64,000 nt of DNA from Patescibacteria group bacterium (GCA_049315825.1 JBMOJK010000004.1:648-64647); one strand, 5' to 3'. Positions 11,281 through 22,011 are shown, counted from the stretch's first letter. Made by a program: numbers and translations. The notes: generated from the sequence alone by a model not told the origin.

Positions 11281-12648
11281 ATGTCACAACTCTACACTCT
11301 CATCCTCGCAGGAGGTTCAGGCACTCGACTCTGGCCATTATCCCGCAAGCAGTATCCAAAACAGTTTATCCAGCTCGCACTTTTTGATGGAAAATCTCTC
11401 TTCCAAAAAACACTCGAACGAGCACTCCTCGGAAGTGATATCACCCAGATTCGCATCGTCACCAACGAATCCTATAAGTTTCACTGTCGATCACAGGCTG
11501 AAGAAATCGGTATAAATCTTACCGATGCCAATCTCATCCTCGAGCCTCTTGCCCGAAACACACTCGCAGCGATCCTCCTTGGACTTGAAAATATCCCGAG
11601 CGAAGCAGATGTCCTCGTGCTTTCATCCGACCATGCCATCGGTGATGAGCCACTTTTTGCGCAAACCGTGAAGAATAATCTCGAAGCGACGAAGGACTCG
11701 ATCGTACTTTTTGGAGTTCAGCCAGCATCGGCCCATACGGGATATGGCTATATCCGACCCGAGCAGGGATCGGTTCGATCAAAGGTGCTCGAATTCAAAG
11801 AAAAGCCAGATATCGAAACCGCACAACGCTACGTTGCAAGCGGATATCTCTGGAACTCTGGAATATTTCTCTTCAAGAAATCTGTCTTTGTCGACCAGCT
11901 TCGAGCGATCAATCCTGCGTATCTAAGTCTCTTCGAAAGCTCGGATGATCTCGTAGAGAGATTCACGAAACTGCCTGATATTTCAGTCGATGTTGGACTC
12001 CTTGAGAAATCATCTCACGTCGCAGTACTCCCCTTCCCATCCTACTGGAGTGACCTCGGAAGCTTCGATGCACTCGAAGAATACGCCAAGCTTACGAACA
12101 AACGCGAATCCCTCATCGAGATCGCTGGAGCGAACAATTTCCGCATCTCGGACGATACATCGAAACCGATCGTCCTCATCGGGATGGATAATACGATCGT
12201 CGTAGATACGACGGATGCTATCCTCATCACGCGCAAGTGAGCATCTCAGTGAGTGAAAGAAGCTGTGAAACTTCTCGAACATTCACACAAGGAGGTCACA
12301 GAATTCCACCGTACAGTCTACCGACCCTGGGGAAGCTATACGATCATCGATGAGGGCACTGGTTTCAAAACCAAACGACTCACGGTTCTCCCTGGTAAGA
12401 AGCTCTCACTCCAGCTTCATCATCAGCGAAGTGAACACTGGGTGGTGGTATCAGGAACTGCGGACGTAACCATCGGAGAAAAAGACATGTTACTCAAGCG
12501 AGGAGAAAGTGTGTTTATCCCGATCGAAACGAAACATCGTCTTGGGAATAGTTCAGGTGAGGTTCTACATCTCATCGAGAGTCAGATCGGAGATTATCTG
12601 GAAGAGGATGATATCGTGAGATTTGATGATGTGTTTGGGAGAAAATAA
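11281..12648 (+). CDS. manC: Mannose-1-phosphate guanylyltransferase / mannose-6-phosphate isomerase (bifunctional type II)
   Basis: Track ORFs 11281..12240 and 12253..12648 share a frame and join via two TGAs (..ITRK-G-ASQ-G-VKEA..). The first fragment is the nucleotidyltransferase part (LILAGGSGTRLWPLSR). The second is the cupin part (YRPWGSYT.., HHQRSEHWVVVSG). Confidence 0.9.
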
Positions 12649-12650
12649 TA

Positions 12651-12675
12651 AAAACACCGCACTGAGCGGTGTTTT
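12651..12675. terminator. Bidirectional rho-independent terminator between convergent genes
   Basis: aaaacaccgc (12651-12660) and gcggtgtttt (12666-12675) form a 10-bp stem with loop actga. A- and T-runs flank it. It sits between the manC stop (12648) and the GT4 stop (12678). Confidence 0.8.
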
Positions 12676-12677
12676 TA

Positions 12678-13763
12678 TTATTTACCAGTGAGACGGGCAA
12701 GAATTTCCCGCCATGCATTCGTTCATTTTTCGAGAGAGTAATTGTAGCCATTCTCCAATCCCTTCTGGATGTATTCGTCTCGTACTTGCTTGTTGAATAA
12801 TGCAGTTTTGATAAGTTCACGAAGTTCATCGGGATTCTTCGGATCCCTGAGGATAAGTGCACTCTCAGCGATGACCGTCTTCAGTGATCCACAGTGCGTC
12901 GTAATTACCGGACATCCACATAACTGTGCCTCTACCGGTGGCCTTCCAAAGCCTTCATAGAGCGATGGAAATACGAACACATCCGCAGCTTGATAGAACT
13001 TTATGAGATCAGTCTCATCAATCCCCGATGCGCGATACGATTCTACCTTCTCATCTTCGAGATTCTTCGTGATCTTCACGTATGCCCGTGACGAAGTATT
13101 TTTCCCAACATGGATGAAATACGAATTCTCGATACCACCCAGAGCCTTCGAGAGAGTGATCAGGTTCTTGCGCGAATCTGTAGTCCCTACGTACAAGATA
13201 CACTTCTTATCAGAGGTAAGTGCGGGGATGGAAAATTTATCAGCCAACTCCGCCCGAATCACTGTACGCTCGTCTCATGAAACTGACGAATACACTACAG
13301 GATCAAACGCACTTGATATGGTGGTGATTTTCTTAGCTGGGACTTTGAGATAGTCGGTCAATATCCCCTTTGTAAACTCAGAGCCACTTACGATATGCGT
13401 AACGTATTTGAGTCGCTTGAAATAGAAATATGTGAGGACTTTAATCAAAAAATCTTCAAGATTTCCTACAGGACTGAGGTACGGATAATGCTGAACGATC
13501 GCAACAGTATCCTCGCTGTTTTTACTATTGATCGCAGTTAAAAAGAGTTCATCGAGGAAGACTTTTACATATCCTTTATAGTCTCTCTCGATAATCTTTG
13601 GAAGTATAAAAAATCTCCAGTAAATAGTAGTTTCGTCTGGCTGATATACATACTCAACCTCGTACTCCTTGTCGAGCGTATTGAAATAGTCAAAGAGATA
13701 TTTTCCTACTCCACTTCTTGCGACTACAGGCTTCTTAGAGAGAAAAACGACTATTTTTTTCAT
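12678..13763 (-). CDS. Glycosyltransferase family 4
   Basis: Track ORFs 13275..13763 and 12723..13262 share a frame and join at TGA 13272-13274. The 12723 'stop' is also TGA, and translation continues ..SLEK-G-TNAWREILARLTGK to TAA 12678-12680. Motif: FPSLYEGFGRPPVEAQLCGCPVI. Confidence 0.85.
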
Positions 13764-14740
13764 GCGATTTTATTGGAAATACGCTCAAGATCTGCAGCAA
13801 CCATCATCTCAACCAGTTCCGTGAACTTAACCTTTGGCTCCCAGCCAAGAACGTTACGAGCCTTATCGGATTTCCCCTGAAGAACATGAAGCTCAGCAGG
13901 ACGCATAAAGCGTGGATCTTGCTTCACATATGGAGCCCAGTCATCTATACCAACATACTTAAATGCGATATCAAGGAATTCTCGGATCGTGTGCGTCTCA
14001 CCTGTAGAGATGATGAAGTTTTCTGGTTTTTCTTGCTGAAGGATCAGCCACATAGCTTCTACGAAATCCCCAGCAAATCCCCAGTCTCGCTTGCTATCGA
14101 GATTCCCCAGAGAGATATCCTGTGCTACACCGAGCTTAATTTTTGCTACTCAGTCGGTGATCTTGCGAGTCACGAATTCAATACCTCGAATCGGTGATTC
14201 GTGATTGAAGAGAATTCCATTCGTACAGAACATACCATAACTTTCTTTGAAGTTATTGGTCATCCAATATGCATACAACTTGGAGATCGCATAGGGACTT
14301 CGTGGATGAAGTGGAGTTTCCTCGGTCTGGATTCCATTCTCACTGCTATTTCCGAAAAGCTCACTCGTAGATGCCTGATAGAACTTCGCCTGAGGAGCGA
14401 AGAGCCTGAGTGCATTGAGGATATGGAGTGTACCAAGTGCATTTGCCTCCGTTGTCATCTTGGCAAGATCCCATGAAGAACCTACGAAAGACTGTGCCGC
14501 AAGATTGTATACTTCATCCGGATGGATGTTTTTGATGATATTAAGGATCGATGCCTCATCTGTGAGATCCCCTGTGATAAAATGGATCTTGTCAGTGATT
14601 CCAAGAAAATCAGTATTTGAATAATTTGGATTCGAATACCGTCGGACCATCCCATATACCGTGTAACCCTTCTCTAAAAGAAGCTTTGCAAGGTACGGAC
14701 CATCTTGTCCGAGGATTCCAGTGACGAGTGCTGTTTTCAT
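13751..14740 (-). CDS. gmd: GDP-mannose 4,6-dehydratase
   Basis: Track ORFs 14150..14740 and 13760..14053 join in frame at TGA 14150-14152. Motifs: VTGILGQDGPYLAKLLLEKGY (Rossmann fold), SPYAISKLYAYW (YxxxK) and NHESPIRG. The listed stop at 13760 is TGA, so the true end is ..NKIA-G-KK-TAG at 13751-13753. It overlaps the next gene's ATG. Confidence 0.9.
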
Positions 14741-14809
14741 GGGTATTTTTTAAAAATTTCGTGCATTCTAATCAAGAATTTCTTGAAAAGTATTCAAAGT
14801 AAAAAAATC

Positions 14810-15808
14810 CTAGCTGAGATTGAGTTTACATATCAAGTCGAATATTGACTGTGCTGTTCAGGTACTACGCAGACACTCTCATAGTTCATTCTTGTTGATA
14901 CAAATTGCAGAGCGATCATGCCAATTCTGAGGACATGGCGAACAGCTGAGCGGTTTATAGTAGAAAAACCGATCACTATATCACTGAGGAAACCACTTCT
15001 GAGGAATATCAGGCCCAAAGACAAATATCTCTGGTGGAGTACACAAGTGAGCTAGGTGCGCCAAACCACTGTCGATCATCACATTATAGCGTGCGTGCTG
15101 CATGAGATGCACTAACTCGGAGATCGTTGTTTTATCAATAAATGAGATTGCGTACTCGTGCAGTTCAGTGCATTGTAGTATCTCAGAAGCAAGTCCAGCA
15201 TCATTAGCTCATCTTCAGATCAACGCGATTTTGACATCAGAGTTGTCTTGATGTATGAGTCGGATGAGCTCAATCCAGGTCTTACTATCCATGCTCCTAT
15301 ATCTCCAAGTCTCCGATCAAAGACCAAGCAGGATATATTTTCATCGAGAAAATTCTAGCACTTCTTGCGATACTTGAAGCGACTGCACACTAGCAGCTAT
15401 CGCAGATCCTCAGGATTTCACATGATCAGCGAGAGCTCAGTGCGCCATGGCATAACTGTTGAGTACATTGTGCTTAAGGAATTCCATCTTCTTCCCAGGA
15501 AATAGAAATGAGCTCAATCTACCCCAAACAGAACTTTTTTCTTCTAGAACAATAACCGACTCAAACTTTCTAACAAATACCGCAAGCCAAGACAGAAATA
15601 CAAAAAGCTTCACGAGATCACTAAACTTTTTCGAGATAACAGGGATCTTGTAGTGCTCAATATCGCAAATTCGAGCAAGTTCAAGTACTTGAGCATTTTG
15701 CAAACAGAGCGTGAAATCCTGTGTATTTTTTGATCTAAAAATCTCATTCACCGCGATGAGCGTATCTCAGAGCTTTCATCAATATTTTATGATCAGTTTC
15801 TTGCTCAT
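14810..15808 (-). CDS. Glycosyltransferase family 9 (heptosyltransferase-like)
   Basis: I translated this codon by codon from ATG 15806-15808 to TAG 14810-14812, giving 332 codons with 12 in-frame TGAs. N-terminus MSKKLIIKYGGKLGDTLIA. C-terminal block TISELVHLMQHARYNVMIDSGLAHLAHLCTPPEIFVFGPDIPQKWFP matches the GT9 pattern (DSG..HLA, FGP..P..W.P). Confidence 0.75.
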
Positions 15809-15809
15809 A

Positions 15810-16544
15810 CTATTTTTGATTTTTGAGAATAGCTACCATGTCAGTACCTCAGAAGAAAATCCAAGGAAGATATTTGTACATAAACTGAATAGACGCCGGA
15901 ATTCCAATGGGACTGATGTTGATTTTCACTTCTTGAGACACACCTGAATTGGATGGGACTTTTGTAAAGGATCTCAAAAACCTATCTACTGCAAACTTAG
16001 AGTTCAGCACAAAATCTGCGATTTGCGAATTACGTATCATGATCGTTTCAAATCTATACGCCCCTGAAATTCGATGGAATGATTTCTGTGTATAGGGGCG
16101 AATATGTGTGTAATCATCCCAGAAAATATGAGTAGATTTTTCATAATCTGGAGTCTCCATGATAAGGATTCAACCCTTCTTCAGCACTCGCTTTATCTCA
16201 AGCATAGCATTCTCAATCGAATGCAAATGTTCAATAACATGAGCAAAAATCACGACATCAAATGTTGAATCTTCATAGGGGAGCTTTCCATTTTCTAAAT
16301 CAGCAACAGCGAGGGGAATTCCGACTTGTTTGTAGAGATCACCGAAATAGTCACTCAGATCACACGCAAAGAGATTCGTATAGCCAAATCTCTTCAGGCT
16401 CATGATATTGCGTCACTGACCAGCTCATAGATCGAGTACATCTGCTCATCTGTCTTTGATATACTCATCAAAGAGTACACAGTAGAAAAAACTTCGAAAA
16501 TCTATCTCTTGTACACCGATTTCTTGGAGGTAGGTATTACCCAT
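15810..16544 (-). CDS. Class I SAM-dependent methyltransferase
   Basis: Three track ORFs (16446..16640, 16170..16403, 15849..16160) share one frame and join through TGAs. Motif I is ADVLDL-G-AGQ-G-RN, with TGAs at 16425-16427 and 16413-16415. The post-II motif is VLKKG-G-ILIMETP. The start is set at ATG 16542-16544, just after the upstream gene's TAG. The end is TAG 15810-15812. Confidence 0.75.
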
Positions 16545-16561
16545 TGGATATTTGATTGGAA

Positions 16562-17401
16562 CTAATTCGATGCTTGACCCTGTTTGCTCTTCTCCTCCAA
16601 ATAAAACATATACTGCATCATATATGAGCAGAACATCCAACTTGCGAAGATCCAGCCTGGAAGGTGTCGGAAGTTTCGGTATTTGATGAGTGAATATCCG
16701 AAATAAAGCGTGGCTATGAAGAAGAGTTTGAATCCAGTAAATACGCGTGAATCTTCTGGGTAGTTCCTTGCACGTTCACGTCCTTCGATCTCTCAATAAT
16801 ACCGTGTCTTCTGAATAAGCTCTGCCACATTCTCAAACGAATAGTGCAAAAGTGGGGCATGCAACTTTGAGACATCCTTCGAGTAAATACGATAGAGATC
16901 GTGTACTTTTTTGAAGGCTCATACCGCAGCTCACTCTGGCCTGAAGAGCAGTGGGAGCTGTACTCATTTGTCTATTGGCTTCCCAAGCAAGAACGTCTCA
17001 CGGTACACTAGGTACACATCATGTACCAGTTCAGTACTGCCAATTTCCTCAACCAATTTATCGCTCAAAACTTCATCCCAGTCGAGTATGAAGATATATT
17101 CACGTCATTGACCTGAGAGTTTTCGCTCCTTGAGAACTTGGTAGTATTTTCCCTTCATCTCATCCATGTTTCCTGCAGAGAGCTCATCTCGAGCGATTTC
17201 GAGATGGAAATCATGAATCTTCGCAAGTTCATTCAGGAAATCAGCAGTACCATCAGTACTCCCGTGATCCACTATGAGAAATGTGTCAGAAATTTTTGCC
17301 GCCTGTGCAATAACATTCTCACACAGTGCTCGTTTCTTGAGTACATCCTTCACCACCATGAAGACGGTGATATTATGTTTTCTATTGGTCTTATTTTCCA
17401 T
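16562..17401 (-). CDS. Glycosyltransferase family 2 (KdtX/WaaE-like architecture)
   Basis: Track ORF 17105..17401 (..FLIVDHGSTDGT..) continues through five TGAs: ..SGQ-G-REYIFILDWDEVLS..LLFRPE-G-AAV-G-AFKKVHDLY..LLHYSFENVAELIQKTRYY-G-EIEG.. to TAG 16562-16564. The pattern DxDE...HE/HD...H-Y-S-F...K...Y is typical of this GT2 subgroup. Confidence 0.75.
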
Positions 17402-17417
17402 ATTGAAGAGTGTAGAA

Positions 17418-18233
17418 CTATTGCTGCGATGTAGATCGAATCGTAAGAAACATAAAGAGCCAATAAATAAATCCCGCAGGAAACATAAGTAATATTTCCT
17501 CTAAAAAGATATACATCCTATCCGAAAAACTCGCCTTCACACCAAGATTCCGTATGGCGCTTTTTTGTATCTCGATAGTGTTTCTAAGTGTTTCTTTGAT
17601 CTTGGTGCTTTTAGTCTGTCAACTGCGAATGCGTAATAAAATGAGTATTTGATCGAGATTCTTAATCTTGTAGCCACTCGCATACATGCGCATCCAAAGG
17701 CTATAGTCTTCCGCAAGATTTCTCCCTGGTTCATATCATCCAACTGCCTCGAAAGCGGACTTTCGGAACATGCTCGCAGGATTGGAAAGAGGGGATTTTT
17801 TCAGAATAACTTTCTGAATATCATCTGAATACTTACGCAATGAGAGTGTTCTTCAGTCCTCATCAATGATGAGATTATGACCTCAGACGACCGAGTATTC
17901 AGGATGACTCACTAAAAAATCGAACTCCAACTCAAGTCGATTATCTAAAGAAACATCATCACTATCTGCCACAGCAATGAAGTCTGTAGCTGTAAGTGTA
18001 ATGAGCCTATTTCTTGTGAAGGCAATTCACATATTCACGTCATTGCGATGCAATTTGATACGCGGATCAACTGCTGCAAATCACTCTGCTATAGCATAAC
18101 TTCCATCAGTCGAAGCGTCATCTACTATGATAAACTCAAAATCCTGGAACGACTGCGAAAGAACGCTTTCGATTGCAGTGGCAACAAAGTCCTTAGTATT
18201 ATAGAGCGCCATCACGACAGAAACTTTTTCCAT
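17418..18233 (-). CDS. Glycosyltransferase family 2
   Basis: This gene is absent from the ORF track because it contains six in-frame TGAs. From ATG 18231-18233: MEKVSVVMALYNTKDFVATAIESVLSQSFQDFEFIIVDDASTDGS..IAVADSDDVS..NPASMFRKSAFEAVG-G-YEPGRNLAEDYSLWMRMY.. to TAG 17418-17420. Track ORF 17537..17743 is an out-of-frame shadow. Confidence 0.8.
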
Positions 18234-18239
18234 GTGATC

Positions 18240-18950
18240 CTACCCAAAAAATTTCTTCCAAATCATCATCCCTGCTATACGAAGTGCACCCCCGTGCCGC
18301 TGACCTTTCGCCATTGTATAATCATCATAGCGTATATTCACTGGTACTTCAGTGAAGTGCAGTTTTTTGATGTTTACCTGTTCAATGAGCTCAGAAGCGT
18401 ATTCCATCCCATCCATTGTGAGTTCAATCTGGCGAACTGCATGCACCGTATGAAGACGATATCCATTGTGCGCATCAGTCAGCCTGATCCCTGAGATAGC
18501 CCATGTAAACCACTTCCCTCCCCATAAGAGAATTCTTCGGAAAAATGGAACATTAGAGTTCGTCTTAACAATAAATCGAGATCCAAACACAATATCAAGT
18601 TTCGAGTCTTTTTCCATTGCCTCAATAAACTTCGGCATGTCTTCTACTGCATGCTGCCCATCAGCATCGAACGTCACGATGTAGTGAACTTCGATTATCT
18701 CAGCATTGCGCCTGAGGAATTCAAATCCTGTTTCGAGCGCAGCACCAGCTCCACGGTTTTGTGGGTGTGCGAGATATATTACATTTTCAAACGCACGTAC
18801 CACCTCCTCGGTATTGTCCTTTGAGCCATCGTTCACTACGAGGATTTTTTTATAGCCAGCATTTACGATTCCTTCGATCACTTCTCAAATACGAGACCCT
18901 TCATTGTAGGCTCGTATGAGGAATATGATGTCAGATTTATTTATTTTCAT
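18240..18950 (-). CDS. Glycosyltransferase family 2 (polyprenol-phosphate glycosyltransferase / DPM1-like)
   Basis: Track ORF 18240..18881 extends upstream through TGA 18885-18887 to ATG 18948-18950: MKINKSDIIFLIRAYNEGSRI-G-EVIEGIV..VVNDGSKDNT..VTFDADGQH. TAG stop at 18240. Confidence 0.85.
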
Positions 18951-19284
18951 AATCATCTAGTTTGGATCGGAGCATCGCCATCTCGCGAACGAGTCGTGTG
19001 ATATCTTCACGATTTTTTTCGGCTCTTGCAAGGAGCATAAGTACGAAGTACATGAGAAAAATAATACTCACGTATACGAGCACGTCTGCCCCTCGTGGCA
19101 GTCCGAAGATATGTCCGAGCATATCCAGGATACCTGGGAAGAATGTAAATACCAAGAGTCCCGCACCTACTCCAAGGAATACCAAGAAGTGAAGAGCATT
19201 GAATTTTTGACGTCGCGAAATATCGAGTGCGAGTATAAAAATAATCACACCGGAAACGACGAAGACGAGTTGGAGGAGATTCAT
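18937..19284 (-). CDS. Small membrane protein, DUF2304-like
   Basis: 115 aa, with three hydrophobic helices followed by a charged coiled tail (EKNREDITRLVREMAMLRSKLDDYENK). It overlaps the downstream GT2 start by 14 nt. This size and GT2 pairing are typical of DUF2304, recalled from memory. Confidence 0.6.
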   Translation of the reverse strand: MNLLQLVFVVSGVIIFILALDISRRQKFNALHFLVFLGVGAGLLVFTFFPGILDMLGHIFGLPRGADVLVYVSIIFLMYFVLMLLARAEKNREDITRLVREMAMLRSKLDDYENK

Positions 19285-19370
19285 GTCCTGTATGATATCG
19301 AGGGAATATCTTTGAGCAAATGAAAGGTGTAATTGAGCCTTAAAAACTCAGAAAAACTTAAAATACTTTT

Positions 19371-19397
19371 TTGACTCTCAAATCGAAACTATATAAT
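19371..19397 (+). promoter_or_regulatory. Putative sigma-70-like promoter
   Basis: TTGACT (19371-19376), a 15-nt spacer, then TATAAT (19392-19397). It lies 27 nt upstream of ATG 19425 in a divergent intergenic region. Confidence 0.3.
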
Positions 19398-19424
19398 CAT
19401 CAGTTAATTATTTTTCAAAAAACT

Positions 19425-20561
19425 ATGGATTACTACGCAGAGAGCCTACGACTTCACAAGCTCTATCAGGGAAAACTTGAGACCAATACTCGCATGGCAG
19501 TTGAAACTCGCGATGATCTCTCACTCGCCTATTCACCAGGCGTGGCTGAGCCTTGTCGTGAGATTGCGAAGGATAAATCAAAGGTCTACGACTATACACT
19601 CAAGGGTCGAACGGTAGCCGTTATCTCAGATGGAAGTGCAGTACTCGGACTCGGGAATATCGGACCAGAAGCTGGACTTCCGGTTATGGAAGGAAAATGT
19701 GTTCTCTTCAAGGAATTTGCAGGACTCGATGCATTCCCGATCGTTCTTGATGTACACGATGTAGAAGGAATCATTGCAGCCGTGAAGGCGATCGCCCCAA
19801 CATTTGGAGGCATCAATCTCGAAGATATCGCTTCTCCGAAGTGTTTTGAGATCGAGGAACGACTCAAGGCAGAGCTCGATATCCCAGTCATGCACGACGA
19901 TCAGCACGGAACTGCTATCGTTACACTCGCTGGACTCATCAATGCACTCAAAGTAGTTGGAAAGAATAAGGAAGACATCAAGGTAATAGTTTCTGGACCA
20001 GGTGCAGCAGGAACAGCAATTATCAAACTTCTTCGTCTCTATGGTGTTGAACATATAATCGCCTGTGACTCAAAGTGAGCACTCTCTCGAAATCGAACAG
20101 ATATCGACGATGCAAAACGTTCGTTACTTGCGTTCACCAATCTCGAGAACGTAGACGGAACACTCAAAGAAGTAATCGTAGGGGCAGACGTATTTATCGG
20201 AGTTTCTGCACCGAATGTCATCGACCGACACGATGTTGCCAAGATGAACAAGGATGCGATCATCTTTGGTATGGCAAATCCAACACCCGAAATCATGCCC
20301 GATGAAGCAAAGGCAGGTGGGGCTGCGATCGTCGGAACTGGACGCTCGGATATGCCAAACCAGATCAACAACGTGCTTGCATTCCCTGGTATCTTCAAGG
20401 GAGTACTCGCCTCTGGTAAGAAGAAAATCACAGACGAGATGAAGCTCAAGGCTGCACATGCACTCGCAAGCGCAGTTGCAAATCCTACCGCTGATATGGT
20501 GATCCCAAATGCACTCGACAAGAGCGTGGTAGACATCGTCGCAAAGGCAATGATGGACTAG
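19425..20561 (+). CDS. NAD(P)-dependent malic enzyme (short, MaeB N-terminal type)
   Basis: Track ORFs 19371..20078 and 20244..20561 share a frame and join at TGA 20076-20078. Motifs: LSLAYSPGVAEPC, VISDGSAVLGLGNIGP, FGGINLEDI, VSGPGAAGTAI, NPTPEI, NNVLAFPGIF. I chose ATG 19425 (MDYYAESL..) as the start. Confidence 0.9.
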
Positions 20562-20586
20562 TATAAACTATAAAATCCAATATTAT

Positions 20587-20619
20587 GCGCGGAAAGGTAT
20601 CACTTTCTGCGCATTTTTA
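20587..20619 (+). terminator. Hairpin plus T-run after the malic enzyme gene
   Basis: gcgcggaaag (20587-20596) pairs with ctttctgcgc (20603-20612), with one G-U pair, followed by attttta. It abuts the permease ATG, so it may act only as a partial terminator. Confidence 0.4.
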
Positions 20620-22007
20620 TGGAAAAATCCTGAACTCAGACCTCACTTGCCGCCTGAACACTCTGAATTGCTGAATCGATCGTCATGGGAATCGCAGGAA
20701 CTGCTCCTGCGTACAGTATCGAGATTACTACCTCAACCCTCATCGCTGCGGCGGGAGTGTTCGCACCAGCGAGCATCCTGATGTGCGGTCTCATCATGTT
20801 CGGGATCACATTTGCATTCATCCATCTCAACAAGATTTCTGCAAATGCGGGGACATCGTATTCGTGGGTGAGTATGATATTCGGAAAGACTACAGGATTC
20901 TTTGCGGGTTGGGCACTCTTGGTGCTGTGCTGTATATTCATGGTATCAGCCATGGTTCCGGCCGCCAACGCAACCCTGCTCATCCTCAGTCCAGACCTCG
21001 TAAACAATGTAAATTGGGTGACAGGAATTGCCGCCGTTTGGCTCACAGTGATTAGTCTCGTGGTGATCAAATGAGTCAAGCTCACGAGCTACATGCAGAT
21101 CGCGATGACGATCATCGAGGGGATCATCCTGCTTGCCATCATCGTGAAAAGTTTCATGATTTTCCCTACGCTGCAGATTCATCCATTTTCATGGAATTGG
21201 TTTTCACCTTTTGAGTTTACGCCGACACTTTTTGCGAGTAGTTCGCTCATCGCGATTTTCTTCTACTACGGTTGGGATGTGACGATGAATCTTAGCGAGG
21301 AGACCAAAGATCCCAACAAAACTCCTGGTCGTGCGGCGTTTTGGTCGATGATTTTCTTGATTATTTTCTTCCTCGTATTCATCACGATCACACTTTCGAT
21401 GCTCAGTGATGCGGAAATCCAGCACTATAACACCAATATCATCTTTGCCATCGCCGAAAAACTCTTCGGTCCAACTTGGTGATATGTCGCCATTGTAGCT
21501 GTGCTTCTGAGTACAATCGGGACCGTAGAAACCCAGATACTCCAATTCACTCGCACGCTCTTCGCAAAGGGGCGTGATGGTGTAGTACATCCGCGGTACT
21601 CAAAGCTGCACCCAACATGGAAGACTCCGTATATTGCGATCATGTTTATCTGGGTTACAGGTCTCGCGCTTCTCTTTGGATCATCGTACCTTCCAACGAT
21701 CAATGACATATTGCAGAGCTCGATCGCGGCACTTGGATTTCAGATATCGTTCTATCTTGGGCTCACAGGATTTGCATGTGCTTGGTATTTCCGCAAACTG
21801 CTATTCACGGATATTCGAATGTCACTTACACGGGTTATCTGGCCCGCGCTTAGTGGAGCATTCTTATTCTTCGTTGCTGGATACAGCATCCCCGAGTTCG
21901 ATCTTGTCACCAATGTCGTAGGACTGGGTGGTATCGCGATTGGGATTATTCCACTCCTCGTTAATCGCTACTGGAAAAATCCTCAGACTTCTATCATTTC
22001 ACAGTAA
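20619..22007 (+). CDS. APC-superfamily amino acid permease
   Basis: Track ORFs 20685..21074, 21093..21482 and 21501..22007 share a frame and join at TGA 21075-21077 and 21483-21485. The frame extends upstream through three TGAs to ATG 20619 (MEKS-G-TQTSLAA-G-TL-G-IAESIVMGIAGTAPAY). About 12 hydrophobic segments. Confidence 0.85.
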
Positions 22008-22011
22008 ATCT

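Noticed and set aside
17537-17743. 68-aa minus-strand ORF listed in the track.
   Set aside because: It is the wrong frame of the GT2 gene 17418..18233. The neighbouring frame gives EDYSLWMRMY and the full GT2 N-terminal DxD region.
20039-21085. Minus-strand ORFs 20039..20536 (165 aa), 20124..20459 and 20636..21085 (149 aa).
   Set aside because: They are antisense to the malic enzyme and APC permease genes, both of which have strong motif support on the plus strand.
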